Source: a bacterium
Lineage (GTDB): Bacteria; Patescibacteriota; Minisyncoccia; Moranbacterales; DUUL01
Reading direction: 5' to 3'
Assembly: GCA_018675685.1 (NCBI GenBank)
Contig: JABGXP010000014.1
Span: forward strand, 81,288 to 145,287
Length of the DNA stretch: 64,000 bases
Shown piece by piece: positions 9,169 through 18,495 of this stretch (positions are counted from its first letter, which is position 1; every line of letters starts with the position of its first letter). The position numbers and the translations under genes were made by a program. Under the pieces are notes generated by a model. It searched no databases. It was not told the DNA's origin and was given only the letters and a program-made list of their open reading frames with translations.

Positions 9169-10122
9169 TTATTTTAAAATTGTTTTTATGAAAGTTGGTC
9201 TTCCGTTTACAAAATCCTTGGCAGAAATTTCATTTTTCCCCTCTAATTGAACTGTTTTTAATAATAAAGCACCTTGGATTGTTTGAATTAACACCTCCTT
9301 GTCACGTTCGAACACTTGTCCTACCTCCATTGAATAGTTTTTTGAATCATAATCTTTGAAGGTCAATGTAACTCTTTTGTCTAAGTCAGCTTGTTTCCAG
9401 AAAGCACAAACTTTTGGCCAAACATTGAAGGCACGATATAAATTGAAGATATCTTCAGCATTTTGGTTCTGCCAAAGTATTTTCCCATCTTCTTTTCTTA
9501 TCATTCTTGTTGATGAAGACTGCTCATTGTTTTGCGGTGTAGAAGTAAGCTCTTTTTTTACAATCTTTTCAAGAGTCGGGATGAGTAATTGATTCGAAAT
9601 TTTAATTAGCTCATCTTCTAATCCTAAATAAGTAATATCTCTAGGTATAACAATGCTTTTTTGTGAAAAAATCTTACCAGTATCAACCCCTTCATCCATC
9701 AACATAATGGAAACACCAGTCTTCCCCCTACCATTTTTTAGTGCATTATGAATCGGAGAAGAACCGCGAAACTCTGGTAAAACTGAAGCATGAACATTGA
9801 TACAACCAAACAAGGGAATATCCAGAATTTCTTTTGGTAAGATGATTCCGTAGGCAGCAACAATTATTAGATCTGGCTGTTTGCTTCTTAAAAGGTTTAT
9901 TGCAGTAGCATTTAATTTTTCATATTGAATAACTTCAATGCCTTGTTTCTTAGCAATCTCCTTGACTGGACTTGCAAGCAGTTTACTTTTTCTTCCAATT
10001 GCTTTGTCTGGTTGAGTGAAAACACAATCTATTTTTATGCCTTCTTCAAGTAAATTCAATAAAATTTCACTTGCAAAGCGAGGGGTTCCCATGAAGACTA
10101 TTTTCTTGGAATCTAATAACAT
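9169..10122 (-). CDS. fmt: methionyl-tRNA formyltransferase
   Basis: N-terminal IVFMGTP.FA, the formyltransferase core (HASVLP..RG) and the C-terminal Fmt domain. It lies downstream of def. Confidence 0.9.
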   Translation of the reverse strand: MLLDSKKIVFMGTPRFASEILLNLLEEGIKIDCVFTQPDKAIGRKSKLLASPVKEIAKKQGIEVIQYEKLNATAINLLRSKQPDLIIVAAYGIILPKEILDIPLFGCINVHASVLPEFRGSSPIHNALKNGRGKTGVSIMLMDEGVDTGKIFSQKSIVIPRDITYLGLEDELIKISNQLLIPTLEKIVKKELTSTPQNNEQSSSTRMIRKEDGKILWQNQNAEDIFNLYRAFNVWPKVCAFWKQADLDKRVTLTFKDYDSKNYSMEVGQVFERDKEVLIQTIQGALLLKTVQLEGKNEISAKDFVNGRPTFIKTILK

Positions 10123-10129
10123 CTTTTAT

Positions 10130-10588
10130 TTATTTTGTAGTAGTATTGCTAGCTATTTTGTGGTCAATTAAAAGCGTTCCTTCAAGATGGTCAATTTCGT
10201 GTTGTAGCGCTCGGGCAAAGAACCCACGAGCCCTAATTATTTGTTTTTTGCCGTTTGCATCGATTGCCTTAACTTTTATTTTTTCGTATCGCTCAATTTG
10301 TAGGAATTTTCCAGGGAAAGAAAGGCAACCTTCCTCAGAAAGGATTTTTTCCCCTGAAAGTTTTTTAATTTCAGGATTAATCAATACAAAAAGTTCATCT
10401 TCGATTTCTATAATGCAAAGTTGAATATTTTCACCAACCTGCGGTGCTGCAAGTCCAACACCTTTATGTGCTCTTAAGGTATCTGTCATTTCGGTGATAA
10501 GGTTCTTAATCCTATCATTAGTTGGATCCATCACAGGAAGAGATTTTTTTCGTAAAATATCATTTGGGAAGGTCAGTAGTTCTAGCAT
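10130..10588 (-). CDS. def: peptide deformylase (likely start at the internal ATG 10586-10588; the track ORF extends to 10687)
   Basis: Motifs GVGLAAPQVG, EGCLSFPG and QHEIDHLEG. The longer ORF would overlap the priA 3' end by 41 nt. Confidence 0.8.
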   Translation of the reverse strand: MLELLTFPNDILRKKSLPVMDPTNDRIKNLITEMTDTLRAHKGVGLAAPQVGENIQLCIIEIEDELFVLINPEIKKLSGEKILSEEGCLSFPGKFLQIERYEKIKVKAIDANGKKQIIRARGFFARALQHEIDHLEGTLLIDHKIASNTTTK

Positions 10589-10646
10589 CAGACTGTAGTT
10601 AGATTTAATAAGTTGTTGAGAAAATTTACTTGATATTCTTATTGTA

Positions 10647-12611
10647 TTAGAAAATTGATTCAGAATCAACATCAATAATCCATTCATCAGGAACGATATT
10701 TGAAATACTCTTCCAAGTTTCAGATGTAAATGATGTTGTTTTCAAGAGAATGTGTTTTTCCCATCTCCCCCTGACCTTTTTGATAGTAGCAAAATAAGGT
10801 GGTTGAACCAAGGTTTTTGAGTTTCTAAAGTTTGTCGAAAGTTTATTGTAGGTTACTCTCGTTTTTTTAGCAAGAGTTGCTTCGTTAGGTTGCTTGAGAG
10901 TAAGACGAATTATATAAGAAAAAGGAGGGTAACTAAAAGCTTTTCTTGTCTCCAGTTCTTCCTTTGCAAATTCTAACCAATTTTGTTTCTGCACAGTTTC
11001 CAAGAGTTCACTTGCAGGGTCGTATGTTTGAATAATGCATTTTCCGTTTCGCTTGCTATTCACTCGATTTAGCCTTCCAGCCAATTGGAATAGATTTCCG
11101 ACCCATCTTTCGTCAAAACGAAAATCTGTTTGTCCAGCCCAATTATCAACGTTTATGGTAGCAGTGAGTTCAACGTTCGGTAAATCAAATCCTTTTGCAA
11201 TTGCATAGGTACCAACAAGAATATCAAGTTTATTATTCTGTAGTTTTTGAAAGAGTATCTTTCTGTCACTAATTTTTTCAAAAATTGTGCCATCAATAAG
11301 CTCGATTCTTGCGGAAGGGTAATGTTTCTTAAGGAAGCTGGCAACACCCTCTGTTCCAAACCCAATGTCCTTTAAGCGAAAACTTTTGCAAGAAGGACAT
11401 TGAGTCAGATTTGATGTTTTGAATGAGCAATGAAGACATTTATAGTTATTTTTTTCATGAACAAGAGGTAAGTTGCAAGAAGGGCATTGAAGTTTCTTCT
11501 TGCAATCAGTGCAATAGATAAGCTTACTTTTACCTCTTCTTGGAATGAGCACAAAAGAAAGCCCTTTCCTTTTAAGTGTTTTTGCAAGTTCAGTTTCCAG
11601 CTCTTCTGAAAAAGGAATCTCTCCTCTTTTAGTGTATATTTTTCTTAAATCAGGCAAAATAAACTCAGGTTCTATAACTTGGAAACCTTTTATTTTTAAT
11701 CTAGGGAGCTCCAAGAAGTAATATTTTCCATCTAGAGATTTTTTGACGGATTCCATCGACGGTGTACTTGAAATGAAAATAGTTTTAGTTTTGTAGATTT
11801 TCGTCATCATCTCCACTACAGTTCTTGCGTGATATCGAGGTGAACTATCCCATTGTTTATGCGAGATATCTTGCTCTTCATCAACAATGATTAATCCTAA
11901 ATTTTTAAACGGTAAGAAGAGCCCAATTCTGGTTGAAATTATAATATCAGCTGAACCTTCTTTTATTTGATTAAGCGCAAAAGTTACTTCCGTGGATTTC
12001 AATTTGGAATGGAAGAACAAGATGTTTTTTCCAGAAAATCTCTTTTTATATCTGATAATTTCTTGATTGGAGAGAAAAATTTCAGGAATAATTAAAAGAG
12101 ATTGTTTCTTTTCCTTGAGCATTTCTTGCATAGTAGTCATAGCCACCTCTGTTTTTCCGGCACAAGCAGGACCAAAGAGAAGAAATGGCTTTGTTGCGTT
12201 TCCATGTTTTATTTCTCCAATGACACTTTTTTGCTCTTTGGTGTGTTTTATTTTTTTTTGATCTTTCTCAGACTTAGACTGCTTAACAAAACAGGGAGTT
12301 TCTTTTTTGGCAAACTTTGGCACAAATTGTTTTGTGACAACACCAAGTGAGGTTAGATAATATACAGAAATTTGCCTTGCTAGTTTAATTTGCCTTGGAG
12401 TTAAAAATCCATAGCTAATAACTTTTGAAATAGGCCTTGTTTTGAATGTTGGGCGAGTTGTTTTTTTTGCTACAATCCCCGTAATCTTTTTTCTTCCGAA
12501 ATTAATCTCAACCAATGTTCCTATTGCTATTTCAATGTTATTTGAATAGGTGAAAAACTGAGGCTTATTCCGAGCCACCTTTGTTAGTGGGATGACATCA
12601 AAATAGTTCAT
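10647..12611 (-). CDS. priA: primosomal protein N' (PriA replication-restart helicase); the track ORF extends to a TTG at 12653
   Basis: Walker A GPACAGKTE and a DEEQD (DExH-type) box. There are two Cys4 zinc-binding clusters (CTDCKKKLQCPSC / CLHCSF...CPSC) and a C-terminal domain. The ATG at 12609-12611 gives the typical MNYFDVIPL start. Confidence 0.8.
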   Translation of the reverse strand: MNYFDVIPLTKVARNKPQFFTYSNNIEIAIGTLVEINFGRKKITGIVAKKTTRPTFKTRPISKVISYGFLTPRQIKLARQISVYYLTSLGVVTKQFVPKFAKKETPCFVKQSKSEKDQKKIKHTKEQKSVIGEIKHGNATKPFLLFGPACAGKTEVAMTTMQEMLKEKKQSLLIIPEIFLSNQEIIRYKKRFSGKNILFFHSKLKSTEVTFALNQIKEGSADIIISTRIGLFLPFKNLGLIIVDEEQDISHKQWDSSPRYHARTVVEMMTKIYKTKTIFISSTPSMESVKKSLDGKYYFLELPRLKIKGFQVIEPEFILPDLRKIYTKRGEIPFSEELETELAKTLKRKGLSFVLIPRRGKSKLIYCTDCKKKLQCPSCNLPLVHEKNNYKCLHCSFKTSNLTQCPSCKSFRLKDIGFGTEGVASFLKKHYPSARIELIDGTIFEKISDRKILFQKLQNNKLDILVGTYAIAKGFDLPNVELTATINVDNWAGQTDFRFDERWVGNLFQLAGRLNRVNSKRNGKCIIQTYDPASELLETVQKQNWLEFAKEELETRKAFSYPPFSYIIRLTLKQPNEATLAKKTRVTYNKLSTNFRNSKTLVQPPYFATIKKVRGRWEKHILLKTTSFTSETWKSISNIVPDEWIIDVDSESIF

Positions 12612-12637
12612 TTTGTTTAAATATTTTTTGCTATTCT

Positions 12638-13432
12638 CTAATTTATTTTCCAATGACCAACGAGATAACCAACTCCAATAGGCGCTTCATAGGAAAGTTG
12701 CTTAAAAGTGTGCCTATGATTCTCTAGTGCCCCAAGCGCAATAATAATCGAGCGTAGACCACATTCTCCAGCTTCTTCACAAAAATCAGGATTTAAATTC
12801 ATGATTTTAGAGGTCTCGTTTTTCTTGAGAAGCTCTATGAGCGTTTGATCAAATTTGACTCCATATGGAGAGAACCCAGCAGGGGCATCTTCAGTAAGAC
12901 GATGAGACATGTCTCCGCTGGCAATAATCGCAACATTTTCATTAACTTCGTCGATGACCTCACTTATGAATTTTCCGAAATTAAAATGTGTTTGCCAATC
13001 TAACGCTGTGTATGTCAAGGGAATAATCTTTGGCCTCCAACTCAAGTCTTTTAAGAGATGAAAAAGAGGAATAAGCACACCATGATCAATTTTTGACTCT
13101 CGAAGAACCTCTATCGGAAAATGTTTCTTCCTTAATTCAGAAAAAACTAGTTTTGCTAATTCTGGGTTGTTAGAAAAAGAAAAGTCGCTATTAGATGCTC
13201 CAAAATCAGAAAAACTACCCTTGAAATTATCTTCAAAGTTAATTGTGAATTTATCATATCTCATCGGTCCATGAGGTGAAACAATTATGATTGTCTCTGG
13301 TGCGGCTTTCTTGAATTCTTTCGCCAGTTTTTCCAGTGCATCAATTGTTTTTTTCGCAAGAGTAATTTGAGATCCTCCAATCTCTGGAATGATAAGTGGT
13401 GGATGAGGGCAAATTGCAGCAAAATTCAACAT
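12638..13432 (-). CDS. class III extradiol dioxygenase-like (LigB/DODA/MEMO-type fold) protein
   Basis: About 260 aa with a His-containing N-terminus (ICPHPPLIIPE, IIIVSPHGP) and a later DMSHRL motif, reminiscent of LigB-type catalytic subunits. No more specific assignment is possible. Confidence 0.4.
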   Translation of the reverse strand: MLNFAAICPHPPLIIPEIGGSQITLAKKTIDALEKLAKEFKKAAPETIIIVSPHGPMRYDKFTINFEDNFKGSFSDFGASNSDFSFSNNPELAKLVFSELRKKHFPIEVLRESKIDHGVLIPLFHLLKDLSWRPKIIPLTYTALDWQTHFNFGKFISEVIDEVNENVAIIASGDMSHRLTEDAPAGFSPYGVKFDQTLIELLKKNETSKIMNLNPDFCEEAGECGLRSIIIALGALENHRHTFKQLSYEAPIGVGYLVGHWKIN

Positions 13433-13466
13433 CTTTTTTTGTTATTTTCCATAAAAAACAAGATAA

Positions 13467-13488
13467 AAGTATTTTTTGTAAAATACTT
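13467..13488. promoter_or_regulatory. perfect 9-bp inverted repeat AAGTATTTT-ttgt-AAAATACTT in a divergent promoter region
   Basis: Seen directly in the sequence, 35 nt upstream of the minus-strand LigB-like start. Confidence 0.25.
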
Positions 13489-13579
13489 CAATGATTCTTT
13501 CGTCTATAACGATAGCAAAAGAGTTTGAAAAAGTCCAACTTCAGGGGCCCCAGAGACAATACGAATATATGCAAATGTA

Positions 13580-13608
13580 TTGACATTTTCATATAAATGT
13601 GTTAAAAT
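13580..13608 (+). promoter_or_regulatory. sigma70-like promoter: TTGACA, 17 nt, TAAAAT
   Basis: TTGACA at 13580-13585, 17-nt spacer, TAAAAT at 13603-13608. An AGAGGAGAG Shine-Dalgarno precedes ATG 13691. Confidence 0.45.
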
Positions 13609-13690
13609 TTTAAAAATGGTACTTTAAATCTATAAAATATACACAATAGAAAAAACGGTTTAAATTTTTTCAAAGAGAGGAGAGAATAAA

Positions 13691-13909
13691 ATGAATGCAT
13701 TGGTTCATGAGGTAGCAAAAGCTCTTTTTCTTACGGGAGCATTAGGTTTTTTAGTGCTTATAGTTGTGTCAATATATGGAGCACACAGAAAAAAACGGAG
13801 CAACGAAGATGGAATGCTGGACTATAAAAGGGATCTCAGACCTGTTTATTGGTTGCTTGCAACAATGGCGTTGATGATATCTGGAATTGGTTTGGGAATT
13901 TTTTTCTGA
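13691..13909 (+). CDS. small two-TM membrane protein, hypothetical
   Basis: 72-aa ORF with two hydrophobic helices, a strong Shine-Dalgarno, its own promoter, and a downstream terminator. Confidence 0.4.
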   Translation: MNALVHEVAKALFLTGALGFLVLIVVSIYGAHRKKRSNEDGMLDYKRDLRPVYWLLATMALMISGIGLGIFF

Positions 13910-13935
13910 CAACAGAAATTTTGTGAATATTTTTA

Positions 13936-13975
13936 AAAAGGCATGAACTAGAACTTCTAGTGCATGCCTTTTTAC
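13936..13975. terminator. bidirectional intrinsic terminator
   Basis: AAAAAGGCATGAACTAG..CTAGTGCATGCCTTTTT is a near-perfect hairpin flanked by A and T runs. Confidence 0.5.
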
Positions 13976-14091
13976 TTTTTGATTAACAGAAATCATTTTT
14001 TATAAGGATTTATTTGAACTATTTTTGAAATTATAACCAAAGTTTTTAATAAATACAACATTGCGGAATGAAGATTCTTTCATGTCAAGAG

Positions 14092-14120
14092 TTGACACCA
14101 TCCCAATGCAAGATTATAAT
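14092..14120 (+). promoter_or_regulatory. consensus sigma70 promoter TTGACA, 17 nt, TATAAT for nrdR-nrdD
   Basis: TTGACA at 14092-14097, 17-nt spacer, TATAAT at 14115-14120. Confidence 0.55.
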
Positions 14121-14147
14121 GTAGTAGTGTCATGGAGTACTTGATTG

Positions 14148-14163
14148 ACACAACATATTGTGC
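14148..14163 (+). promoter_or_regulatory. candidate NrdR box ACACAACATATTGTGC
   Basis: 16-bp near-palindrome matching the published NrdR-box consensus acaCwAtATaTwGtgt. It lies between the -10 and the nrdR start codon. Confidence 0.4.
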
Positions 14164-14197
14164 TATTATGTAGAAAAGAGTTAAATAAAACAAAATT

Positions 14198-14656
14198 ATG
14201 AAGTGTCCTTACTGTGGTCACAAGGAAACGAAGGTTGTTGATTCGCGAGAAATTGAAGACGGAAAGACGATCAGGAGGAGAAGGGAATGTGAGAAAGTGG
14301 AATGCAAGTTGAGATTTTCAACATATGAGCAAATTGAAACACTAAATTCGACTGTGTTGAAGCGCGACGGACAAAAAGAAGAATATAAAAGAGAGAAACT
14401 AGAAGAATCAATTAGAAGGGCAACAAACAAGAGATTGGAAGAATCTCAAATTGCACAAATTATTTCATCCGTTGAGTCCGAACTACGAACAAAGGGAAAA
14501 TGTGAGATGACTGCAAAGGAGATTGGAGAAGTAGTACTAACACATTTAAAAACACGCGATGAAGTTTCATATTTGCGATTTGCTTCAGTTTTTAAATCAT
14601 TTGGAACAGGAAAAAGATTTGTGAAAGAACTCGATAAGTTGGAGGAAAAAGAATAA
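14198..14656 (+). CDS. nrdR: transcriptional repressor NrdR
   Basis: N-terminal zinc ribbon MKCPYCGH...C..C followed by an ATP-cone (VLKRDGQKEEYKREKLEESIRRA). Confidence 0.9.
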   Translation: MKCPYCGHKETKVVDSREIEDGKTIRRRRECEKVECKLRFSTYEQIETLNSTVLKRDGQKEEYKREKLEESIRRATNKRLEESQIAQIISSVESELRTKGKCEMTAKEIGEVVLTHLKTRDEVSYLRFASVFKSFGTGKRFVKELDKLEEKE

Positions 14657-14764
14657 CAAAAAGATAAACACAAGAAAGGTAATTACATTTGGAAAGTTTT
14701 TGGCCAAAAATATTCCAATATTCCAATATCCATAATATATTAATTTTTGCGGGGGCAAACAAAA

Positions 14765-16894
14765 ATGAAAAAAGGGAAAAAACAGGTAGCTGCAAAGAAA
14801 GTGAACATTGCAAGAGCTACAAAAGGGGCGAAAACAAAGAAAAAAAGATTTGTACCGAAATTTAGCGAAGTTGTGAAAAGAGATGGCTCGGTGGTTAAAT
14901 TCTCTCAGAAAAAGATTTCAGAGGCTGTCTACAAGGCCTTCAAAGAGGTTGATGAGGGAAGTCTAGTGAAAGCAAGAGCTGTGTCAGAGAAAGCAGCTAG
15001 AATGCTGAGTAAGAACTGTGCACGTGGATATGTTCCGAGTATTGAAGAGGTTCAGGATACGGTTGAGAGAGTTTTAATGGTACTAGATTTTGAGGAAACA
15101 GCCAAAGCATATATCTTATATCGAGATAAGCGAAGAAAAATCAGAGACACAGAAGCTTCTTTGGAAGAAGCGGTTGAATTAGTGGATCAATACCTAAGAG
15201 AACTTGATTGGCAAGTGAAGGAAAATTCAAACATGGCATATTCCTTGCAAGGTTTGAATAATTACATTTCTTCAATTGTGAGTAGTAAGTACTGGATGGA
15301 AAGAATCTATGCAAAGAAAATTAAACGTTCGCATGAAGAAGGAGATCTACATATACATGACTTGGATAAATTAGCAGCTTATTGCTGTGGCTGGGATCTT
15401 CAAGATTTATTAAATAGAGGGTTCACAGGAGTTCCTGGAAAGATTTCCTGTAAACCACCACGACATTTTAGAACGGCGCTTGGACAATTAGTCAACTTCT
15501 TCTACACAACGCAGGGTGAAACAGCTGGAGCTCAAGCATTTTCAAACATTGATACATTGCTTGCACCATTTATTAAGTATGACAAGTTAGACTACAAAGC
15601 CGTGAAACAGGCTATTCAGGAATTTGTTTTCAATTTAAATGTTCCAACAAGGGTCGGATTTCAAACTCCATTTACCAATATCACATTAGACCTAGAGGTA
15701 CCAAAGATGTTCAAGGATCAGAATGTGATTAGGGGTGGTCAATTACAGGAAGACAAGTATGGTGATTTTCAAGAAGAGATGGACATGTTTAATCGGGCAT
15801 TTGCTGAAGTGATGAGCGAGGGTGATGCAAACGGAAGAGTGTTCACATTTCCAATTCCTACATATAACATTTCGAAGAAATTTAATTGGGATAACAAGAA
15901 TTTGGACAAAGTCTGGGAGATGACAGCTAAATATGGAATTCCATACTTTGCAAACTTCATTAATTCTGATATGGACCCAGAAGACGCTCGTTCAATGTGT
16001 TGCAGGCTAAGACTTGACAACAGAGAACTTCGGAAGAGAATGGGTGGCTTGTTTGGAGCTGCACCGCTAACAGGTTCAATTGGCGTTGTGACAATCAATC
16101 TTCCAAGAATTGGATACCTAGCAAAAGATAAAAAAGATTTCTATAAGAGATTAGATGTCCTAATGGATATCGCCAGAGACAGTTTGGAGGTCAAACGGAA
16201 GGTTATCGATAATTTTACAAAGAAAGGTTTGTATCCATATGCTGCATTCTATCTAGATGGGACGTTGCAAAGAAAGGGAAGTTGTTGGTCAAATCATTTC
16301 TCAACAATCGGCCTTGTGGGAATGAACGAGGCTGTTGTAAACTTGATTGGAAAATCAATTACCACAAAAACCGGAGTAAAATTCGCAGAAGAGGTTTTGG
16401 TTCATATGAGAGAGCGCATGATAAAATTCCAGACAGAAACTGATAATTTATATAACCTAGAAGCAACACCAGCAGAAGGAACAAGTTACCGACTAGCCCT
16501 CAAGGACCAAAAGCGTTTTCCAAAGATGATTTTTGCAAATAACGGAGCGGTAGAAGAAGGAGCTCAACCATATTACACAAACTCCTCGCAATTGCCTGTT
16601 GGACATACTGACGATCTATTTGAAGCACTGGACTTGCAAGATAAGTTGCAAACGAAGTATACTGGCGGGACTGTGCTACATGGATTTCTCGGAGAGCGAA
16701 TTAATGATATTAATACAACGAAAAGTCTTGTGAAAAAAATTGCCTCAAATTATGAGATGCCATATTTCACACTTTCTCCGACTTTCAGTGTTTGTCCAGT
16801 TCACGGGTATTTAACAGGAGAGCACAAGGCATGTCCAAAATGTGTTGCTCATTTGCCAGAGAAATATTCCAAGAAGTCTGCAGAGGTTAAATAA
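14765..16894 (+). CDS. nrdD: anaerobic ribonucleoside-triphosphate reductase NrdD (class III RNR) catalytic core; it lacks the glycyl-radical module
   Basis: Lys-rich N-terminus and an ATP-cone (VVKRDGSVVKFSQKKISEAV), then a large class III RNR barrel. It ends with a CPVHGY...CPKC zinc-ribbon-like segment but no RxxGY. ATG 14765 is preferred over the track's TTG 14747 because a GGGGG Shine-Dalgarno lies 8 nt upstream. Confidence 0.85.
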   Translation: MKKGKKQVAAKKVNIARATKGAKTKKKRFVPKFSEVVKRDGSVVKFSQKKISEAVYKAFKEVDEGSLVKARAVSEKAARMLSKNCARGYVPSIEEVQDTVERVLMVLDFEETAKAYILYRDKRRKIRDTEASLEEAVELVDQYLRELDWQVKENSNMAYSLQGLNNYISSIVSSKYWMERIYAKKIKRSHEEGDLHIHDLDKLAAYCCGWDLQDLLNRGFTGVPGKISCKPPRHFRTALGQLVNFFYTTQGETAGAQAFSNIDTLLAPFIKYDKLDYKAVKQAIQEFVFNLNVPTRVGFQTPFTNITLDLEVPKMFKDQNVIRGGQLQEDKYGDFQEEMDMFNRAFAEVMSEGDANGRVFTFPIPTYNISKKFNWDNKNLDKVWEMTAKYGIPYFANFINSDMDPEDARSMCCRLRLDNRELRKRMGGLFGAAPLTGSIGVVTINLPRIGYLAKDKKDFYKRLDVLMDIARDSLEVKRKVIDNFTKKGLYPYAAFYLDGTLQRKGSCWSNHFSTIGLVGMNEAVVNLIGKSITTKTGVKFAEEVLVHMRERMIKFQTETDNLYNLEATPAEGTSYRLALKDQKRFPKMIFANNGAVEEGAQPYYTNSSQLPVGHTDDLFEALDLQDKLQTKYTGGTVLHGFLGERINDINTTKSLVKKIASNYEMPYFTLSPTFSVCPVHGYLTGEHKACPKCVAHLPEKYSKKSAEVK

Positions 16895-16945
16895 TTAGCA
16901 AATAAATAGTTTACATATTTAATAAAACCATAAAAAACAAAAAAA

Positions 16946-17224
16946 ATGGTAAAAGTTACAAAACAAAAAATAGGGGAAAGTGAAATAGTTTGTCATGACT
17001 GCGGCAAGACAATGGCGGAAGGTGACATGTGCGTGCCTTATGATGTGGCAAAAAAAACTTTCTACAAGTGCGATAAATGCTTTGTAAAAGATGATTCATT
17101 AAGAAATTATCAAGAGACAGAGGTTTATTCTAGGATCGTTGGTTATATTAGACCAGTGAAGCAATGGAATGTTGGGAAGACAGCAGAATACGCTGATAGA
17201 AAAGAGTATTGTGTAGAAGCTTAA
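16946..17224 (+). CDS. stand-alone NrdD C-terminal module: Cys4 zinc ribbon plus glycyl-radical motif (RIVGY)
   Basis: CHDCGK..(18)..CDKC then YSRIVGYIRPVKQWNVGKTAEYADRKEY is the canonical class III RNR C-terminus. It is in the same frame as nrdD but separated from it by three in-frame stops (TAA, TAG, TAA) over 51 nt. Confidence 0.7.
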   Translation: MVKVTKQKIGESEIVCHDCGKTMAEGDMCVPYDVAKKTFYKCDKCFVKDDSLRNYQETEVYSRIVGYIRPVKQWNVGKTAEYADRKEYCVEA

Positions 17225-17300
17225 GTTTGCTGAAGGTGTAACGAAAGTTGCACCTTCTTCTTTTTACCTAGAAAAAAGAAATTAAAAATTAAGAAGTAAA

Positions 17301-18368
17301 ATGAGAAAAAGAATCGAGAAGTTTAAGGAAACATTTCATGCCCAGTCCTTCATTGCTGGAATCGTCGCGATTGTTTTTTTAGCGGGACTGTTTGTTTTTG
17401 TTTCTAATTTTAGTTTGGGTTTTAACGCAGTTGGGATCTCTACAATGATCGGTGAAGATAAGGTTGCTAGTATAATGAAGGATTTAGTGGAAAATAATTT
17501 AACTAAGAAGGGAACAGATGTAGCTGTCGAGAATGTTGAGTTTATTAAGGAACTGGGATTGTATGAAGTTAAGATGAAGCTTGCTGGGAAGGCAGAAACT
17601 AGTGCTTTTTTAAGTAGGGACGGGAAATATTTTGTTAAAGAGGCTGCAAGTTTGGAAGAAATTAAGTCAAAACGTGAGGCTCAAGAAGAGGCTGCAGCTG
17701 GGGAAGCGGAAAGAAAAAGAGATATCAAGATTCCCAAAACCAAAAAACCTAATGTTGAAGTTTTTGTGATGAGTCACTGTCCATTTGGAACACAGGTGCA
17801 AAAAGGTTTTCTACCTGTTATCAAAAAACTCGGAAGTAAGGCGGATATAAATTTCAAGTTTGTGGATTATTTAATGCATGGAAAAAAAGAATTGACTGAA
17901 AATTTGAATCAATATTGCATTGAGCAAGAGGAAAATAAAAAATACTTGAAATACCTGGAATGTTTTTTGGGTAGCACAGGAGAGGCGAGTGATTCAACGA
18001 GTTGTATGAAGGAGTTCGGAATTTCTGAAAAGAAAATTGCAAGCTGCAGTACCAAAGTTGATGAGAAATTTCTCATAAGTAAGCAGTTCGCAGACAAAAC
18101 TACTTGGCAAGGAGGAAAATACCCGCTTTTTAATTTGCAAAAAGAAGAAAATGACAAATATAAAGTTGGGGGATCACCAACTATCGTGATTAACGGTGTT
18201 ACCGTTGAACCAAACCGAGATCCGAAGAGTCTTTTAAAAACGGTATGCTCAGCCTTTGAGGAGGCTCCAAAGGAGTGTGAAGAGGTCGTTCCCTCTCAAA
18301 CACCGTCTCCGGGATTTGGCATTGGGAAGGCCCCAACAGTTTCAAGTGATGGAGGTTGCGAAGAATAG
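17301..18368 (+). CDS. membrane-anchored thioredoxin-fold thiol:disulfide oxidoreductase (DsbA-like, CPFG active site)
   Basis: N-terminal TM, a VFVMSHCPFGTQ CxxC motif, and GGSPTIVINGV (cis-Pro loop region). Ser/Gly/Cys-rich C-terminal tail. Confidence 0.55.
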   Translation: MRKRIEKFKETFHAQSFIAGIVAIVFLAGLFVFVSNFSLGFNAVGISTMIGEDKVASIMKDLVENNLTKKGTDVAVENVEFIKELGLYEVKMKLAGKAETSAFLSRDGKYFVKEAASLEEIKSKREAQEEAAAGEAERKRDIKIPKTKKPNVEVFVMSHCPFGTQVQKGFLPVIKKLGSKADINFKFVDYLMHGKKELTENLNQYCIEQEENKKYLKYLECFLGSTGEASDSTSCMKEFGISEKKIASCSTKVDEKFLISKQFADKTTWQGGKYPLFNLQKEENDKYKVGGSPTIVINGVTVEPNRDPKSLLKTVCSAFEEAPKECEEVVPSQTPSPGFGIGKAPTVSSDGGCEE

Positions 18369-18390
18369 AAGCTCTAAATTAGTATAAAAT

Positions 18391-18420
18391 AAAACCACCA
18401 GTTTTTGCCGGTGGTTTTAT
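18391..18420. terminator. bidirectional intrinsic terminator
   Basis: AAAACCACC-agtttttgcc-GGTGGTTTT hairpin between convergent genes. Confidence 0.45.
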
Positions 18421-18495
18421 TTATCAAAATTTCGTCTAACAACTCGTTATTTATTGATCGAGTTTAATCTAATTGAGCAATGTTAAAAAACTAGA

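Noticed and set aside
14747-14764. TTG start for nrdD proposed by the track
   Set aside because: ATG 14765 has a GGGGG Shine-Dalgarno 8 nt upstream and removes an odd MRGQTK prefix.
16892-16948. Possibility that nrdD and the glycyl-radical ORF are joined by stop-codon read-through or programmed frameshift
   Set aside because: Both ORFs are in the same frame, but three in-frame stops (TAA 16892, TAG 16907, TAA 16931) lie in the 51-nt spacer. Read-through of three stops is implausible. It is either a genuine split or a larger sequence lesion.
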